Shown one piece after another: positions 37,551-50,548 of a stretch of DNA of 64,000 nt. Source of the stretch: Lama guanicoe (taxonomy: Eukaryota); NCBI GenBank assembly GCA_013239625.1, contig MU054204.1, forward strand, positions 396,879 through 460,878, read 5' to 3'. Made by a program: the position numbers and the translations under genes. Positions within the stretch are counted from its first letter, which is position 1. The number at the start of each line of letters is the position of its first letter. The notes beneath the pieces were generated by a model. That model saw only the letters and a list, made by a program, of their open reading frames with translations. It was not told the DNA's origin and made no database searches.

Positions 37551-38236
37551 TGGCTCCAGGCCTTTCCTATTTCTGTTACATTTTAATTGAACAACAGTCC
37601 CTACCTCTTCTTTCCAGGCACTTCTTAGCTAACCTTCAAAGCCCAGCTCAAACCCCACATCCTCCAAGATTTCTCTGACCATCAAAAGTTTCTAGTGCTT
37701 AATGTCTGGACATATTAACCACTCTGTGTTTGCAGTTCCTGACCTATGCTTTGAACCTAGAAGTCGCTCAAGTAAGTCCTTGTGGAGATGCATAAATGTG
37801 CAAATAAAGGAGTCACGTTGCCAGCAGTTTTTCATAAGGACTCTTCTCAGCTACCCTCCTGCCTACTGCCCAATTAGGGCAATGCAGTCCTTCCTGTTCT
37901 TTTACAGCTTAGCTTAATAAGACCCGGATTTCAGGGTGGGATTTTATTTTTGCCCAGGCAACTTGCTCATTTCTCACTCTCTGACTGGTCTCTAGAAAAT
38001 ACATTAACCTGACTTGCTAACACTTTGCCTTTCTGACTGGGCACCTGAGCTACATAGTGAGAAAAGTATAACTTTCCTCCTTTTTTACTGGTCAGAGGAC
38101 CCCGGGGGGATTCTGATTTGAGGTTTTGAAGTTTCTCTTCCTAGTCCAATTCATGCCACTCTCTACTTACTATACCTGAGTGATCACATCCATTCACATA
38201 ATTTTAATTACTGCCTCTAAGTTAATGGCTCCCATG

Positions 38237-38499
38237 CAATGATGTGCTGGTAAATATTTAACCACTGGCTCTCTGAGGGAAAAAAACTTCCTGATTCATA
38301 TGTAGTGTTTGCGAATTCCCCTTGTGTAAATGCCTCCACCGTGGTAGGTTTCAAGATACCAACACAACATCGCTGAACACAGAAATGGGAAGAGATGCGC
38401 GACAGCATACCGTCATATAATATTTCCAGCATATAAACACAATAATGTAAATAAAATAAATAGGAAGTGATGAGTTTTGAATACTTAACTTCGTTTTTT
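38237..38499. mobile_element. MER63 (hAT-Blackjack, probably MER63B), left part
   Basis: Terminus caatgatgtgctggtaaatatttaaccactggctc. Confidence 0.8.
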
Positions 38500-38504
38500 C
38501 TAAC

Positions 38505-38635
38505 ATATATTTTCTCATTTATTCCTCCTCACAATCATATGAGATAGGCAGTGTAATTAGCCTCTATTTTATAGATAAGGAAACTGAAGCTTAGAGAGGT
38601 TAAGTACCTTACCCAAAGGCACAAGCGGAGAAGCC
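38505..38635 (-). mobile_element. MIR fragment inside the composite insertion
   Basis: ctcatttattcctcctcacaat...attttatagataaggaaactgaagcttagagaggttaagtaccttacccaa. Confidence 0.85.
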
Positions 38636-38999
38636 TTCTTATACTCTGAGGAATGAGTGATATAATACTAGTTAAATAGGAAAATTCCAAGTATGTTAAT
38701 GACTTAATTAGCTTTTACCACTCAAGAATATTTTCAGGCATTCAACTAGGTCTACAACCTTCTAGATTTTGAACTTAGTCCTCTATCCTTTGTGTATTCA
38801 TTCTTCAGTTTTATTAGGTAGAATTGTTACAATTTGACTACACATATACAATGCATTGCATGTAAATACATATATACAATATACTGCACATATTTTTTAA
38901 ATTTACATACATGTACTGTTCATTCTTTCTAAGAATATTTAGAGCTTTAGCTTTTTAAACTTACATAGTTATCAAAGGAATAAAGCTAACCACAAAAAA

Positions 39000-39535
39000 A
39001 GAATTAATTCAAAAAGATACATACACCCCACTATTAAAACCAACATTATTTATAATTGCCAAGATATGGTAGCATCCTCAGTGCACATTAATAGGTGAAT
39101 GGATAAAGAATATGCAGCATATGTATGTAACAGAATACAACTCACCCATAAGAAAGAAAGATATTTTGCCATTTGTGGCCCTTCATTCACTTTTTTTCAC
39201 TTCAAAAATCAGAATTTTATAACTGGCATAAACATTTCCATTGCATCAAAAACTACAAAACACCTAGAAATAAACTTAACCAAGGAGGTTACCTGTACCC
39301 TGAAAAACTGTAAAACACTGATGAAGGAAATCGAAGATGATACAAAGAAATGGAAAGATATCTTGTGCTCTTGGATTGGAAGAATCAACACTACTGAAAT
39401 GGCCACACTACCAAAAGCAATCTACAGATCCAACGCAACCCCTGTCAAAATACTCACGACATTTTTCACGGAACTAGAACAAACAATTCCAAAATTTATA
39501 TGGAACCATAAAAGACCCTGGACTGTCAAACCAAT
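39000..39535 (+). mobile_element. Two L1 ORF2 fragments (C-terminal end ~39000-39180; post-RT region ~39235-39535)
   Basis: ORF track 39099: [11 protein letters not shown]...[26 protein letters not shown]. Confidence 0.85.
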
Positions 39536-39611
39536 TTTTTGTAGGTCTTTTTTCTCTCTCTCTCGCTCTCTTTCTTTTTCTTTTTGTTTTCTTTTCTTTT
39601 GGTTTGATGAC

Positions 39612-40554
39612 TTGAGAAGTTCATTTAACAGTTGTTGTAAAGCTGGTTTGGTGGTGCTGAATTCTTTTAGCTTTTGTTTATTTGTGAAGCTTTTGATTTC
39701 TCAAAAAAATCTGAACAAGAGCCTTGCTGGATAGAGTATTCTTGGTTGTAGGTTTTTTCCTTTCATCACTTTAAATATGTCCTGCCACTCTCTTCTTGCC
39801 CGTAAAGTTTCTGCTGAAAAATCAACTGATAACTTTATGGGAGTTCCCTTGCATATTATTTGTTGCTGTTCTCTTGCCAATTTTAATATTTTCTCTTTAT
39901 CCTTAATTTTTGTCGATTTGATTACTATGTGCCTTAGTGTGTTCCTCTTTGGGTTGATCCTGTGTGGAACTCTCTGCACTTCCTGGACTTAGCTAACTGT
40001 TTGCTTTCCCAAGTTGGGGAAGTTTTTGGTTATTATCTCTCCAAAAGTATTCTCAGGTCCTTTCTCTCTCTCTTCTCTTTCTGAGACCCCTATAATGCGA
40101 ATATTAGTGCACTTCATGTTGTCCCAGGGTTCTCTTAAACTGTTCTTATTTCTTTTCATTCTTTTCATTCTTTTTTCTGTTCTGCAGTAGTGATTTCCAC
40201 TAATCTGTCTTCTAGCTTACTGATATGTTCTTCTGCCTCATTTAGTCTATTCTTGGTTCCTTCTAGTGTGTTATTCATTTCAGTGATTTTATTCTTTAAC
40301 TCTGTTTGGATATTCTTTATATTTTCCAGCTCTTTGCTAAAAACTTCACTCTATGCGTCTGTTCTCCTCTTGAGGTCTCTGAACATCTTGGCCATCATCA
40401 CTTCAAACTCTTTCTCAGATAAATTGCCTATCTCCTCATAACTTATTTCTTCTGCTGGGATTTTTTCTTGTGCCTCGGCCTGGGAGATATTCCTTTGCCA
40501 CCTCATATTTATCTTTCTGTTTGTATTTTTAGGTAGGTTAGTTACTTTTCTCAA
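39612..40554 (-). pseudogene. Disrupted L1 ORF1p
   Basis: ORF track 40351-40554 (EIGNLSEKEFEVMMAKMF) and 39701-39979 (QRVPHRINPKRNTLRHIVIK...[28 protein letters not shown]). Confidence 0.9.
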
Positions 40555-41577
40555 CCTTGGAGAGGTGACCCTCTGTGGGAGATGTCCTGTGCGTCGCAGC
40601 AGTACACTCCTCTCTCTTCACCCAAGGGCCAGGGTCCAGCTGGTCCCAGTGTAGAGTCTGGCCTGTGTTTGTGGATTCCTTCCACAGGCTTTGGGATTGT
40701 TGTTTTCTTATTTCTGTTATCTGCCCCTGGTGGGTGAGACTGGACTAGAGGCTTATGCAGGTTTCCTGGCAGGATGAGCTGGTGCCTGCTCACTGCTGGG
40801 TGAAGCTTAGTCCTGGACCTCCAGTGGATTGGGACTTGTCTAGAGGCCTACGTGGCTTAGGAAGTGTGCTGATGGGTGGGGCTGTGTACCCACCTGTATG
40901 TTGTTTGGCCTGAGGCTTTCATACAGGCTGTTGGGTGGGGCTAGGTCTTGGTGCTAATGATCCAATGAAGATGTCAGCCTCCAGGATAGCTCTTGTAGAT
41001 GAACACTCCTGCAATGTCTGCCACCAGCTTTTATGTTCCTGGGATGAGCTGCAGCCATCCCCTATGTCCCCAGAAGGCCCTCCAAATCCAGCAGGGAGGT
41101 CTGGCCCAGGTTCCTATGAAGGAGTCACTGCCTCTTGCTCGTGGCCTATGCAAGATTCTGTGTACGCTTCCCAAGAGAATGAAGGCTCTGTTTCCCCCAG
41201 TTCCATGGGGCTCCTGGAGTTAAGCCCCGCTGGTCTTCAAAACCAGATATCCTGGGGTCTCCTCCTCTTCCCAATGCTGGAACCCCAGGCTGGGGGGCCT
41301 GACATGGGGCTTAGAACTCTCACTCCTGTGAGAGGGCCTCTGCGATTTATTTATTCTTCAGCTTGTGGGTCGTCCATCCGGTGGGTATGGGGCCTAATTA
41401 TATTGTGAGCACACCACTCCTACCATCCTGCTGTGGTTCCCTCTTTATGTTTCCAGTTGAAGAAGCTCTTTTTCATTTGTTTCCAGTTTTTTTTTCCAAT
41501 GGTTATTTAGCAGTCAGTTGTAGTTTCATCGTAGTCACGAGGAGAGTTGAGCTCGTGGTCCTACCATTCCGAACTCC

Positions 41578-41740
41578 TATTTACCTTTGTTTTTAATAAA
41601 TTTATTTCATATAAATTTAAGTTTATATATAAGTTTGCATAATTTAATTTTGAATAACTGTTTAACAACCAGCTCACTAAATCTCTGAACATTTAGGAGT
41701 CTCTCATGAGCCATTACAAGCAGGATCCAGCGCACCACTG
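41578..41740. mobile_element. MER63 right part
   Basis: tgtttaacaaccagctc...ccagcgcaccactg, an inverted repeat of the left terminus (11/14). Confidence 0.8.
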
Positions 41741-41744
41741 ATTT

Positions 41745-42230
41745 CCTGTGACTGTCTCCCAAACATATGTCTGCAGCCCAGACTGCTCTCCTAAATTCCA
41801 GACCTATGTACACAATTGACAATTCAAATCTATTTGGATGTTCAACAGGCACCTCAAACACATTTTGACAATTATATTCACCATCAATTCCCACTGTTTG
41901 ACATCTACCTCACACTTTGCCTTCCCTATCTCATTAAATGGCACTACTAGTCATCAATCACCCAAGCCCAAAACCTGGGAATCATTGGCTTCTCTCTCTT
42001 TCTAAGTTATCCAATATTCCTGAGCCTTTTCAGTCCTAACTTATTAGCTCCTTTCCCCCTGCTATTGCCTTAGCTTAGGCTTCTTCATCTCATGCCTAGA
42101 ACATGACAACAATTTTCTAACTGATCTCCCTGAATTCCCACCCTATTGCCCTACTAACCTATCCTACACAAAATAACTAGGATGAAATTCACACTTCACC
42201 ATGTCATTATCAAGCTTAAAACACTTCAGT
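41745..42230 (+). mobile_element. L2 remnant
   Basis: cagcccagactgctctcctaaattccagacc...tggatgttcaacaggcacctcaaac...gcttaaaacacttcagtgg. Confidence 0.8.
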
Positions 42231-42235
42231 GGAGA

Positions 42236-43230
42236 TTGACTTCCAGCATGACAATGTGAGGAGCTCCACTGACCACTCCCCAGTGAAACTGGTGAAAATA
42301 TTTTTAAAACAATCATTTAAATCTCTAGAAATGGTCCTAAGAGCAAACAGCAAATGAGGAGACATCTACTGAAGAAAAGTTGCAAAAATTCAGTAAGAAA
42401 AGTGAAAATCTATGGTATTTGAACCAACACTGCAGCCTCCATCCCACTCCCAGTTCAGCAAGGTGGGTAACTGCACTCCAAACTTCTGTAGCTGATAACA
42501 CAGGGCTCCCCCTCCCCCAGCTTCCAATTGGAGGGCTTTCTTCTCATGAGAAGCAAGACTTCAGCACTTCTCATCATGTCCTTAGCTACTAGTTGCTAAG
42601 GCTGTCTTGAGTGACTGTGGTCAAGAGGTGGTGTCTTACTTCCTTCACCCAGCTGTCACTCATGGCGTGGAGACTCTGCCTTGGATGAGGCATGCTGAGA
42701 ATACTGGGATCTTGATCACCATTTCTCTCCCTCATGAGGTGGTAATTACATGGCAGGAGAGGAAAGCTGAGAGGACTTCAGGTTACTAACTGCAACCCTT
42801 CACCAAGAGATCAGCTCTTAGAGTGGGAGTGTTAATCAGAAAGAACCACACCATTTTCTTATTCCCTAGCTCCAGGGCATTAGCTCAGAGATTTTACCTG
42901 GGAGTAGGGGAAGGGGAAGCAAACCATAAAACAGATCTTAACCAAAGGAACTGACTCTATTTGCAACAGAGCTTGAAGATATACAAGCCTAAGGAAACTC
43001 TCAAGAACAGTGGAGGTTGCAGTGAAAAGCCATTGGGAGGATTGGGAGGAGGTTCAAGGATTTAATAAAGATACAGTCTAGGTTGTGGGCAGGCTAGTTT
43101 GCAGGAGAGAACTGGGGAGGAAAACAGCTGAGAGGAGCCCACTTAGGATCAGAAGAAATATCAAAAATTGAAGTCAGAAACTATTGCTTCTGAGAAAATG
43201 GAAATTCTGGAGTTTAAAAGTATAACAATT
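42236..43230 (+). mobile_element. Old L1 5'UTR region
   Basis: gacttccagcatgacaatgtgaggagctcc start; ends in ORF1-like ggaaattctggagtttaaaagtataacaattgaa. Confidence 0.6.
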
Positions 43231-44227
43231 GAACTTCCTGTTTCCAGATCCTCATAAGGAGCTGGGAAGTTGCCACTCCATCCTAACAACAAGTAAAAAG
43301 CTAAACAGACAAACATCAACAAATCTCCTTGGATCTATAAGAGAAATGAAGACAGAGGACAAGCTGCTGCCCCCAAGATTAGAGAGACAGACAGACAAAT
43401 AAATGTTATCACAAATTACCACCTCAGAGACACCAGCAGAAAGCACCTCGGGTAGGAAAGTCTGAACTGCAACTGATAAATTGCTGGAGTCTGAGTGCAG
43501 AAAACTATGAAAGTTAAAAACTCCATGGGGATCCAGTTGTGGTTGAGTCCCACAGTACTGTGGGATTTACCTCCAGGAGCTCAAACAAGATGCCATAGTA
43601 AGTTTCAGAGAAAAGTCTTCTCACACTTCCTGCAGAGGGAAGGGAAAAGGAGCCATTTTGAAATACACCAAAGCACTGTTCTTAACAAGACCTGCCCTCA
43701 GGGGAACCTAATTAACCAGAGGCTAACCTGCTGGAGTATTATCAGAACTTTTCAGGGGAAAGGAAATATTCAAATCTAGCTGTCTCTAGGTATCCTCTTT
43801 CACCTAAGGAGGGAGAAAAAAACTGAGAAACACTTGTGAAGTTCAAAGTCCAGAGGTAGAGTCCAGATTAGGTTTCTAAAAAGTTGAGACCTAATCATAG
43901 GACTATAGAATGCTTCCCATCACCCCACCAGTCACCACCACATTACTAGAGGCCTATTTGCAACTTTCTTTTACCTGGTATATCACATGTAGCTATTAAG
44001 AGAAAATTACAAGGCATATCAAAAGTAAAAAACACAGTTCAAAGAGGCAGAGCAAGTAACAGAACCAGACATGGCAGGGATGTTGGAATTACCAGATAAG
44101 GAATTGAAAAGAGCTTCAATTAATAGGCTAAGGGCTTTAATGGATAAAGAAGACAATATACAAGATCACATGGGCAATGTAAACAGAGGGATGGAAATTC
44201 TATGAAAGAACCAAAAAGAACTGCTAG

Positions 44228-44374
44228 AGGGGGAGGGTATAGCTCAGTGGTAAGTAGAGCATGTGCTTAGCATGCATGAGGTCCTGGGTTCAATCCCCAA
44301 TGTCTCCAATAAAATAAGTAAATAAATAAACCAAGTTATCTACCCCCCAAAAAATAAATAAATAAAATATTTAG
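44228..44374 (+). mobile_element. tRNA-Ala-derived SINE (Vic-1-like)
   Basis: ggggagggtatagctcagtggt...gaggtcctgggttcaatcccc; TSD aaaaagaaMtgctagag (44213-44229, 44375-44391). Confidence 0.93.
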
Positions 44375-45970
44375 AAAAAGAAATGCTAGAGATAAGAAAA
44401 CACTGTAAAAAAATGAAGAATTCCTTTGATGGGCCAATTAGTAGACTGGACATGGCTAAGGAGAGGATCTCTGTGCTAGAGGATATACCAATAGAATCCT
44501 CAGAAACCTAAAAGAAAACAAAGTCTGAAAAAAAAACAGAACAGAATGTCCAAAGACTATGGAACAACTACAAAAGGTGTAGCATACGCATATGGGAATA
44601 TCAGAAGGAGAAGAAAGGCAGAAAGAAACAAAAGAAATATTTGAAACAATAATGACTGAGAATTTCCCCAAATTAATGTCAGACACCAAACCACAGACGC
44701 AGTAAACTCAGAGGACACTAAGCATGTTAAATCTCCAAAAATCTATATCTAGACATATCATTGTCAAATTATAAAAAATAAAAGATAAAGAAAAATCCTA
44801 AAAGAGGCCAATGGGGGAAAAACACCTTAGTTATCAAGGAACAAAGATAAGAATTACATCTGATTTCTCTTCAGAACCATGCAAGCAAGAGGATAGTGGA
44901 GTGAAATATTTAAAGTGTTGAGAGAAAATAACTACCAGCCTAGAAGTCTGTACCCAGCAAAATTATTCTTCAAAGGTGAAGGAAAAATAAAGACTTTCTC
45001 AGGCAAATAAAAATTGAGAGAATTTGTTGCTAGTAGACCTACCTTGCAAGAAATGTTAAAAGATGTCCTATGGAGAAATGTTAAATAATATAGATCAAAA
45101 TCTTGGATCTATATAAAGAAAGAAAAAGCATCAAAGAAGGAATAAATAAAGGTAAAATAAAAAATTTTATTTTTATTTTTCTTAACTGATCTAACAGGTA
45201 ACAGTTTATTCAAAATAAAAATAGACACAATGTGTGCAATTATATATGCTTATGTATATACCTTAGTGTGTATATGCTTAAGTATGCTTATATATAAAAT
45301 GAATAACAAGAATAATACAAGAGATAGGAAGAAGGAACAAAGATTATTTTGTCATTATAAGATACACTACCTACGAAGAAGTACAGTGTTATTTGAAAGT
45401 AGACTTGGATTATTTGTAAATGTACATTGCAAACTCTAGAGCAACCACTAAAAAAGCATAACTGATATGCTAAGAAAGGAGACAAAACAGAATCAGATAA
45501 AATACTCAATTAAAACAACAAAAGGTAGAAAAAAATGGAAGACAAAAATAAGAACAAAGAACAAAGGCAACAGATTACTAATAGTAATTAATATGGTGGA
45601 TATTAATACAACCATATCAATAATCACTTTGGTTTTTTATTGAATATTGTTGACATACAATATTATATTAGTTTCAGATATACTACATAATGATGTGACA
45701 TTTGCATAAATTGTGAAATGATCACTACTGTAAGTCTAGTAACAATCTGTCTCCATACAAAGTTATTACAATGTTATTGACAATATTCCTTATGCTGTAT
45801 ATTACAGCCCTGTAAAATATTATATAACTGGAGGCTTGTATCTCCCCTACACCTATGTCGCCAACCCTCCTCACAACCCTCTACTCTGGCAACAACTTGT
45901 TTCTTCTCCGTATCTGTGACTGTTTCTCTTTTGTTGTTTGTTCATTTGTTTTGCATTTTGGATTCCACAT

Positions 45971-47050
45971 TTTTTTTACATTTTTTATTGAGTTATAGTC
46001 ATTTTACAATGTGGTGTCAAATTCCAGTTGTAGACCACAATTTTTCAGTTATACATGAAAGTACATATATTCATTGTCACATTTTTTTTTTGCTGTGACT
46101 ACCACAAGATTTTGTATCTATTTCCCTGTGCTATACAGTATAATCTTGTTTATCTATTCTGCATATGCCTGTCAGTATCCACAAATTTTGAAATCTCAGT
46201 CTGTCCCTTCCCACCCCCACCCTTGGCAACCACAAGTTTGTATTCTATGTCTATGAGTCTGTTTCTGTTTTGTATTTATGTTCTTTTTTTCTTTCTTTTT
46301 TTTTTTTTAGATTCCACATATGAGTGATCTCATATGGTATTTTTCTTTCTCTTTCTGGCTTACTTCACTTAGAATGATATTCTCCAGGGACATCCATGTT
46401 GCTGCAAATGGTGTTATGTTGTCGTTTTTATGGCTGAATAGTATTCCATTGTATAAATATACCACTTCTTCTTTATCCAGTCATCTGTTGATGCACATTT
46501 AGGCTGTTTCCATGTCTTGGCTATTGTAAATAGTGCTTCTATGAACATTGGGGTGCAGGTTATCTTTTGAAGTAGGATTCCTTCTGGATATATGCCCAGA
46601 AGTGGGATTGCTGGGTCATATGGTAAGTCTATTCCTAGTCTTTTGAGGAATCTCCATACTGTTTTCCACAGTGGTTGCACCAAACTGCATTCCCACCAGC
46701 AGTGTAGGAGGGTTCCCCTATCTCCACAGCCTCTCCAGCATTTGTCATTTGTGGACTTTTGAATGATGGTCATTCTGACTGGTTGAGGTGATATCTCATC
46801 ATAGCTTTGATTTGCATTTCTCTGATAATTAGTGATATTGAGCATTTTTTCATGTGCCTTTTGATCATTTGTATGTCTTCCTTGGAGAATTGCTTGTCTA
46901 GGTCTTCTGCCCATTTTTGGATTGGGTTGTTTGATTTTTTTCTTATTAAATTGTGTGAGCTGCTTATATATTCTGGAGATCAAGCCTTTGTCGGTTTCAT
47001 TTTCAAAAATTTTCTCCCATTCTGTAGGTTGTTGTCTTATTTTACTTATA
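45971..47050 (-). mobile_element. Young lineage-specific L1 3' kilobase nested in the previous L1
   Basis: ORF track 46414-47058 ([22 protein letters not shown]...[13 protein letters not shown]); TSD gattccacat at 45961-45970 and 47051-47060. Confidence 0.93.
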
Positions 47051-47183
47051 GATTCCACATATTAGTAAGATCTTGAAGTATTTGTCTTTCTCCCTCTGTC
47101 ATATTTCATTTAGCATAATACCCTCTAGGATCATCCATGTTGTCACAAATGGCAAGATTTCATTTTTATGGCTGAGTAATGTT

Positions 47184-47189
<6 letters not shown>

Positions 47190-47236
<47 letters not shown>

Positions 47237-47295
47237 GTGTGTGTATGTGTGTGTGTATATACATATACATATATATGTATATATATATATATATA
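47190..47295. repeat. Compound (TA)n/(TG)n microsatellite
   Basis: Seen directly. Confidence 0.95.
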
Positions 47296-50200
47296 AAATC
47301 TTCATTATCCATTTGTATATTGATGAACACTTAGATTCCTTCCATATCATGGCTATTGTAAATAATGCTGAAAAGAACATTGAAAAGCATATATCTTTAG
47401 GAATTGGTGTTTTTGTTTTCTTTCGGTAAATATCCAGAAGTGGAGTTGCTAGATCATGTGCTAATTCTATTTTTGACCGTTTGAGGAACCACCATACTAA
47501 TTTCATTGGTAGCTGCACCAATTCTCATGCCCACCAACAATGTACAAGTGTTCCCTTTTCTCCACATTCTTGTCAACATTTGCTATTTGTAGTCCTTTTG
47601 ATGATAGCCATTCTGACAGATGTGAGGTACATCTCATTGTGGTTTCAATTTGCATCTCCCTGACGATTAGTGATGTTGAACATCATTTAGTGTGTCTGTT
47701 GGCCATCTGTATGTCTTCTTTGGAAAATTGTCTATTCAGGTCCTCTGCTCTTTTTTTACTAATTATTTTTTATGTTGAGTTGTATGAATTTTTTGTATAT
47801 TTTGAATATTAACCCCTTATCAGATAATACATTTTTCAAATATCTTCTCCCATTCAGTAAGCCAACTTTTCATTTTTTTGATGGTTTCCTTCTCTGTGTA
47901 AAAGCTTTGTAGTTTGATTAGGTCCCATTTGTTTATTTTTGCTTTCATTTCCCTTGTCTGAGGTAACATAGCCAAAAAAAATATATTGCTAAGACCAATT
48001 TTGAAGCGTATACAGCCTATGTTTTCTTCTAGGAGTTTTATGGTTTCAGATCTTACATTTAGGTCTTTGATCTATTTTGATTTTACTTTTGTATATGGAG
48101 TTAAAAATTAGTTTGGTTCTTTTACATGTAGCTGTCCAGTTTTCCCAACACCATTCATTGAAGAGTGTCTTTTTCCCACTGTATATTCCTACCCAATTTG
48201 TTATATATTTACTGACCATAGGTGCATGGGTTTATTTCTGGGCTCTCTACTCTGTTCTATTGATTGATGTGTCTGTTCTTCTGCCAATACCATACTATTT
48301 TGATTACTGTAGCTTTGTGGTATAGTTGAGATCAGGTAGTGTGATACCTTCAGCTCTGTTTTTCTTTCTCAAGATTTTTTTTTAGTTATTCAGGGTCTTT
48401 TGTGTTTCCATACAAATTTTAGAATTATTTCTTCTAAATTAATTCTGTGAAAAATGCCTTTGGTATTTTGATACAAATTATATTGAATCTATAGTTTGCA
48501 TTGACTAGTATGGTCATTTTAACAATATGAATTCTTTCAACCCATGAGCATACTGTGTCTAACCATTTGTATGATCTTCAGTTTCTTTCATCAGTATCTT
48601 ATAGTTTTCTGAGTACAAGTCTTCTTTGGATAGATTTATTCCTAGGTACTTTATTCTTTTTGATGCAATTGTAAATGGGATTGTTTTCTTAATTTCTCTT
48701 TCTGATAACTTATTGTTAGTCTAGAGAAACACAACAGATTTCTGTATATTAAATTGTATCCTACGCTTTTACAAAATTCATTTATTAGTCCTAATAGTAT
48801 TTTGGTGGCATCTTTAGGATTTTCTGTATATCATGTCATCTGTAGAGTGACGGTTTTACTTCTTCCATTAATATTTGGATTATTTTATTTATTTTTCTTG
48901 TCTGATTGCTGTCAATAGGACTTCCAATACTATGTTGAGAAAAAGTGGCTAGAGTGGGCAACCTTGTCTTGTTCCTGATCTTAGAGGAAATGCTGTCAGC
49001 CTTTCACTATTGAATATGAAGTTGGCTGTGAGTTTGTCATATGTGGCTTTAATTATGTTGAGGTATGTTCCCTTTATAACTACTTTGTTGAGAATTATTA
49101 TCATAAATCGATATTGAATTTCATTGAAAGCTTTTCTTCTCATCTACTGAGATGATTATATAATTTTTCTTCTATTTGTAAATGCTGTGTATCACAGTGA
49201 TTGATTTGCAGATATTGAACCATCCTTGCATCATTGGGATAAATCCTACTCGATCATGGTGTATGACCCTTTTAAGGTATTGTTGGATTCAGATTGCTAA
49301 TATTTTGTTGAGGAATTTTGCATCTATGTGCATCAGTGATATTGACCTGTAATTTTATTTATTTGTGATGTCTTTGGTTTTGGTGGCAGGATGATGCAGG
49401 CCTTGTAGAATGAGTTCATAAGTGGACTTATGTAGGATATGTTCTATTGTGCCACCAGCACACACCTCTATGGTTACTAGAGCTATATCCTCTAAAGGTA
49501 TCCCCTATGTTGGCCTTTATGTTTTGGTGACACCATCTTCTGTGGGTGCACAGGTGGTTGAGGCTGGCCCCTGGCCCAGTTGGCTTCCAGGCCCTGCCTC
49601 ATACTGGGCTGCCTGCCCACTGGTGGTTAGGGCCAGGTCCTGGTGCATCTGGTTGTGCAACAAAGCAGATCTGGAGGTAGGTGGCTGCAGGACCAAGGTG
49701 CAGCCTAGAGCTGATGCCAGCCTGCTGGTGGCAGGTAACCTCCCAGTGCTAATAAGCTAAAGAAAGGACTCCAAAACTACATTTGTCATCACCAGTGTCC
49801 TCATGATAAAATGTGCTCCACAAAATGGCTTCCACAGTGTCTGTGTCTCCAGGGTGAGTCCCAGTTGCCTCCTGCCCTTCAGTAGGCTTGCCAAGATCAG
49901 CAAGTGTGTCTAAGTCAGGTTTCTTTCAAATTACTGCTCGTGCACTGGGACTTGGAATGTGTGAGATTTTGCATGTGCCCTTTAAGAGCAGAGTCTCTTT
50001 TCTACAGCCCTCCAGTTCCTCTATATGCAAACCCCACTGGCCTTCTAATCTCAACATTCTGGGGGCTTGTCTTCCTGGTACAGGACCCCCAGGCTAGGGA
50101 GACCAATGTGGGGCTTGGACCCCTTGTTCCTTGGGTAGAACTTCTGCAGTCAGAAGTATCCTCCCTTTTTGTGGGTCACCCTACCCAGGGGTGTAGGTCT

Positions 50201-50548
50201 TGACTGTACTGCATCTCTACCCCTCCTTCCCATCTTGTTGTGGTTCCTTCTTTATATTTTTAATTGTGGAAGACCTTTTCTACTAGCCTTCAGTTTGTTC
50301 TAACAGATAGTTGCTCTGCAAATAGTCGTAATTTTGATGTGCCCATTGGGAGGAAGGTGAGCCCAGGGTCTTCCTACTCTACAGTTTTTGCCACATCTCT
50401 CAATAATCACTTTGAATATCAATGATCTAAATGCATCAGTTAAAATACAGAGATTATCAGAATGGATTAAAAAACAACCCAACTATATGTTGTCTACAAG
50501 AGACCCAATTTAAATATAAAGATATATGAAGATTAAGAATAAATTAAT

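Larger units (their letters stand above)
38500..41577 (-). mobile_element. TSD-bounded composite retro-insertion: L1 5'UTR + ORF1 + non-ORF2 tail (HAL1-like or 3' transduction)
   Basis: Sits between the two MER63 halves; TSD-like tacttaacttcgttttt / tatttacctttgttttt; minus-strand AATAAA at 38518-38523. Confidence 0.7.
45632..50399 (-). mobile_element. TSD-bounded L1 whose 5'UTR is joined directly to mid-ORF2 (ORF1 and EN absent)
   Basis: TSD tcaataatcactttg at 45617-45631 and 50400-50414; ORF2 antisense to ~49420, then GC-richer 5'UTR to ~50395. Confidence 0.85.

Noticed and set aside
39099..39734. 211-aa ORF
   Set aside because: Chance read-through across sense ORF2 scraps and antisense ORF1; chimeric, with no sign of being a gene.
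40935..41408. 157-aa antisense ORF in an L1 5'UTR (ORF0-like idea)
   Set aside because: Starts at GTG in GC-rich UTR sequence where stop-free runs are expected; no evidence of function.
46414..47058. 214-aa ORF, the longest in the track
   Set aside because: C-terminal fragment of L1 ORF2p in a 5'-truncated insertion, with an out-of-frame middle section.
47189..47521. ORFs with YIYIYI tracts
   Set aside because: Translation of a (TA)n microsatellite within L1.
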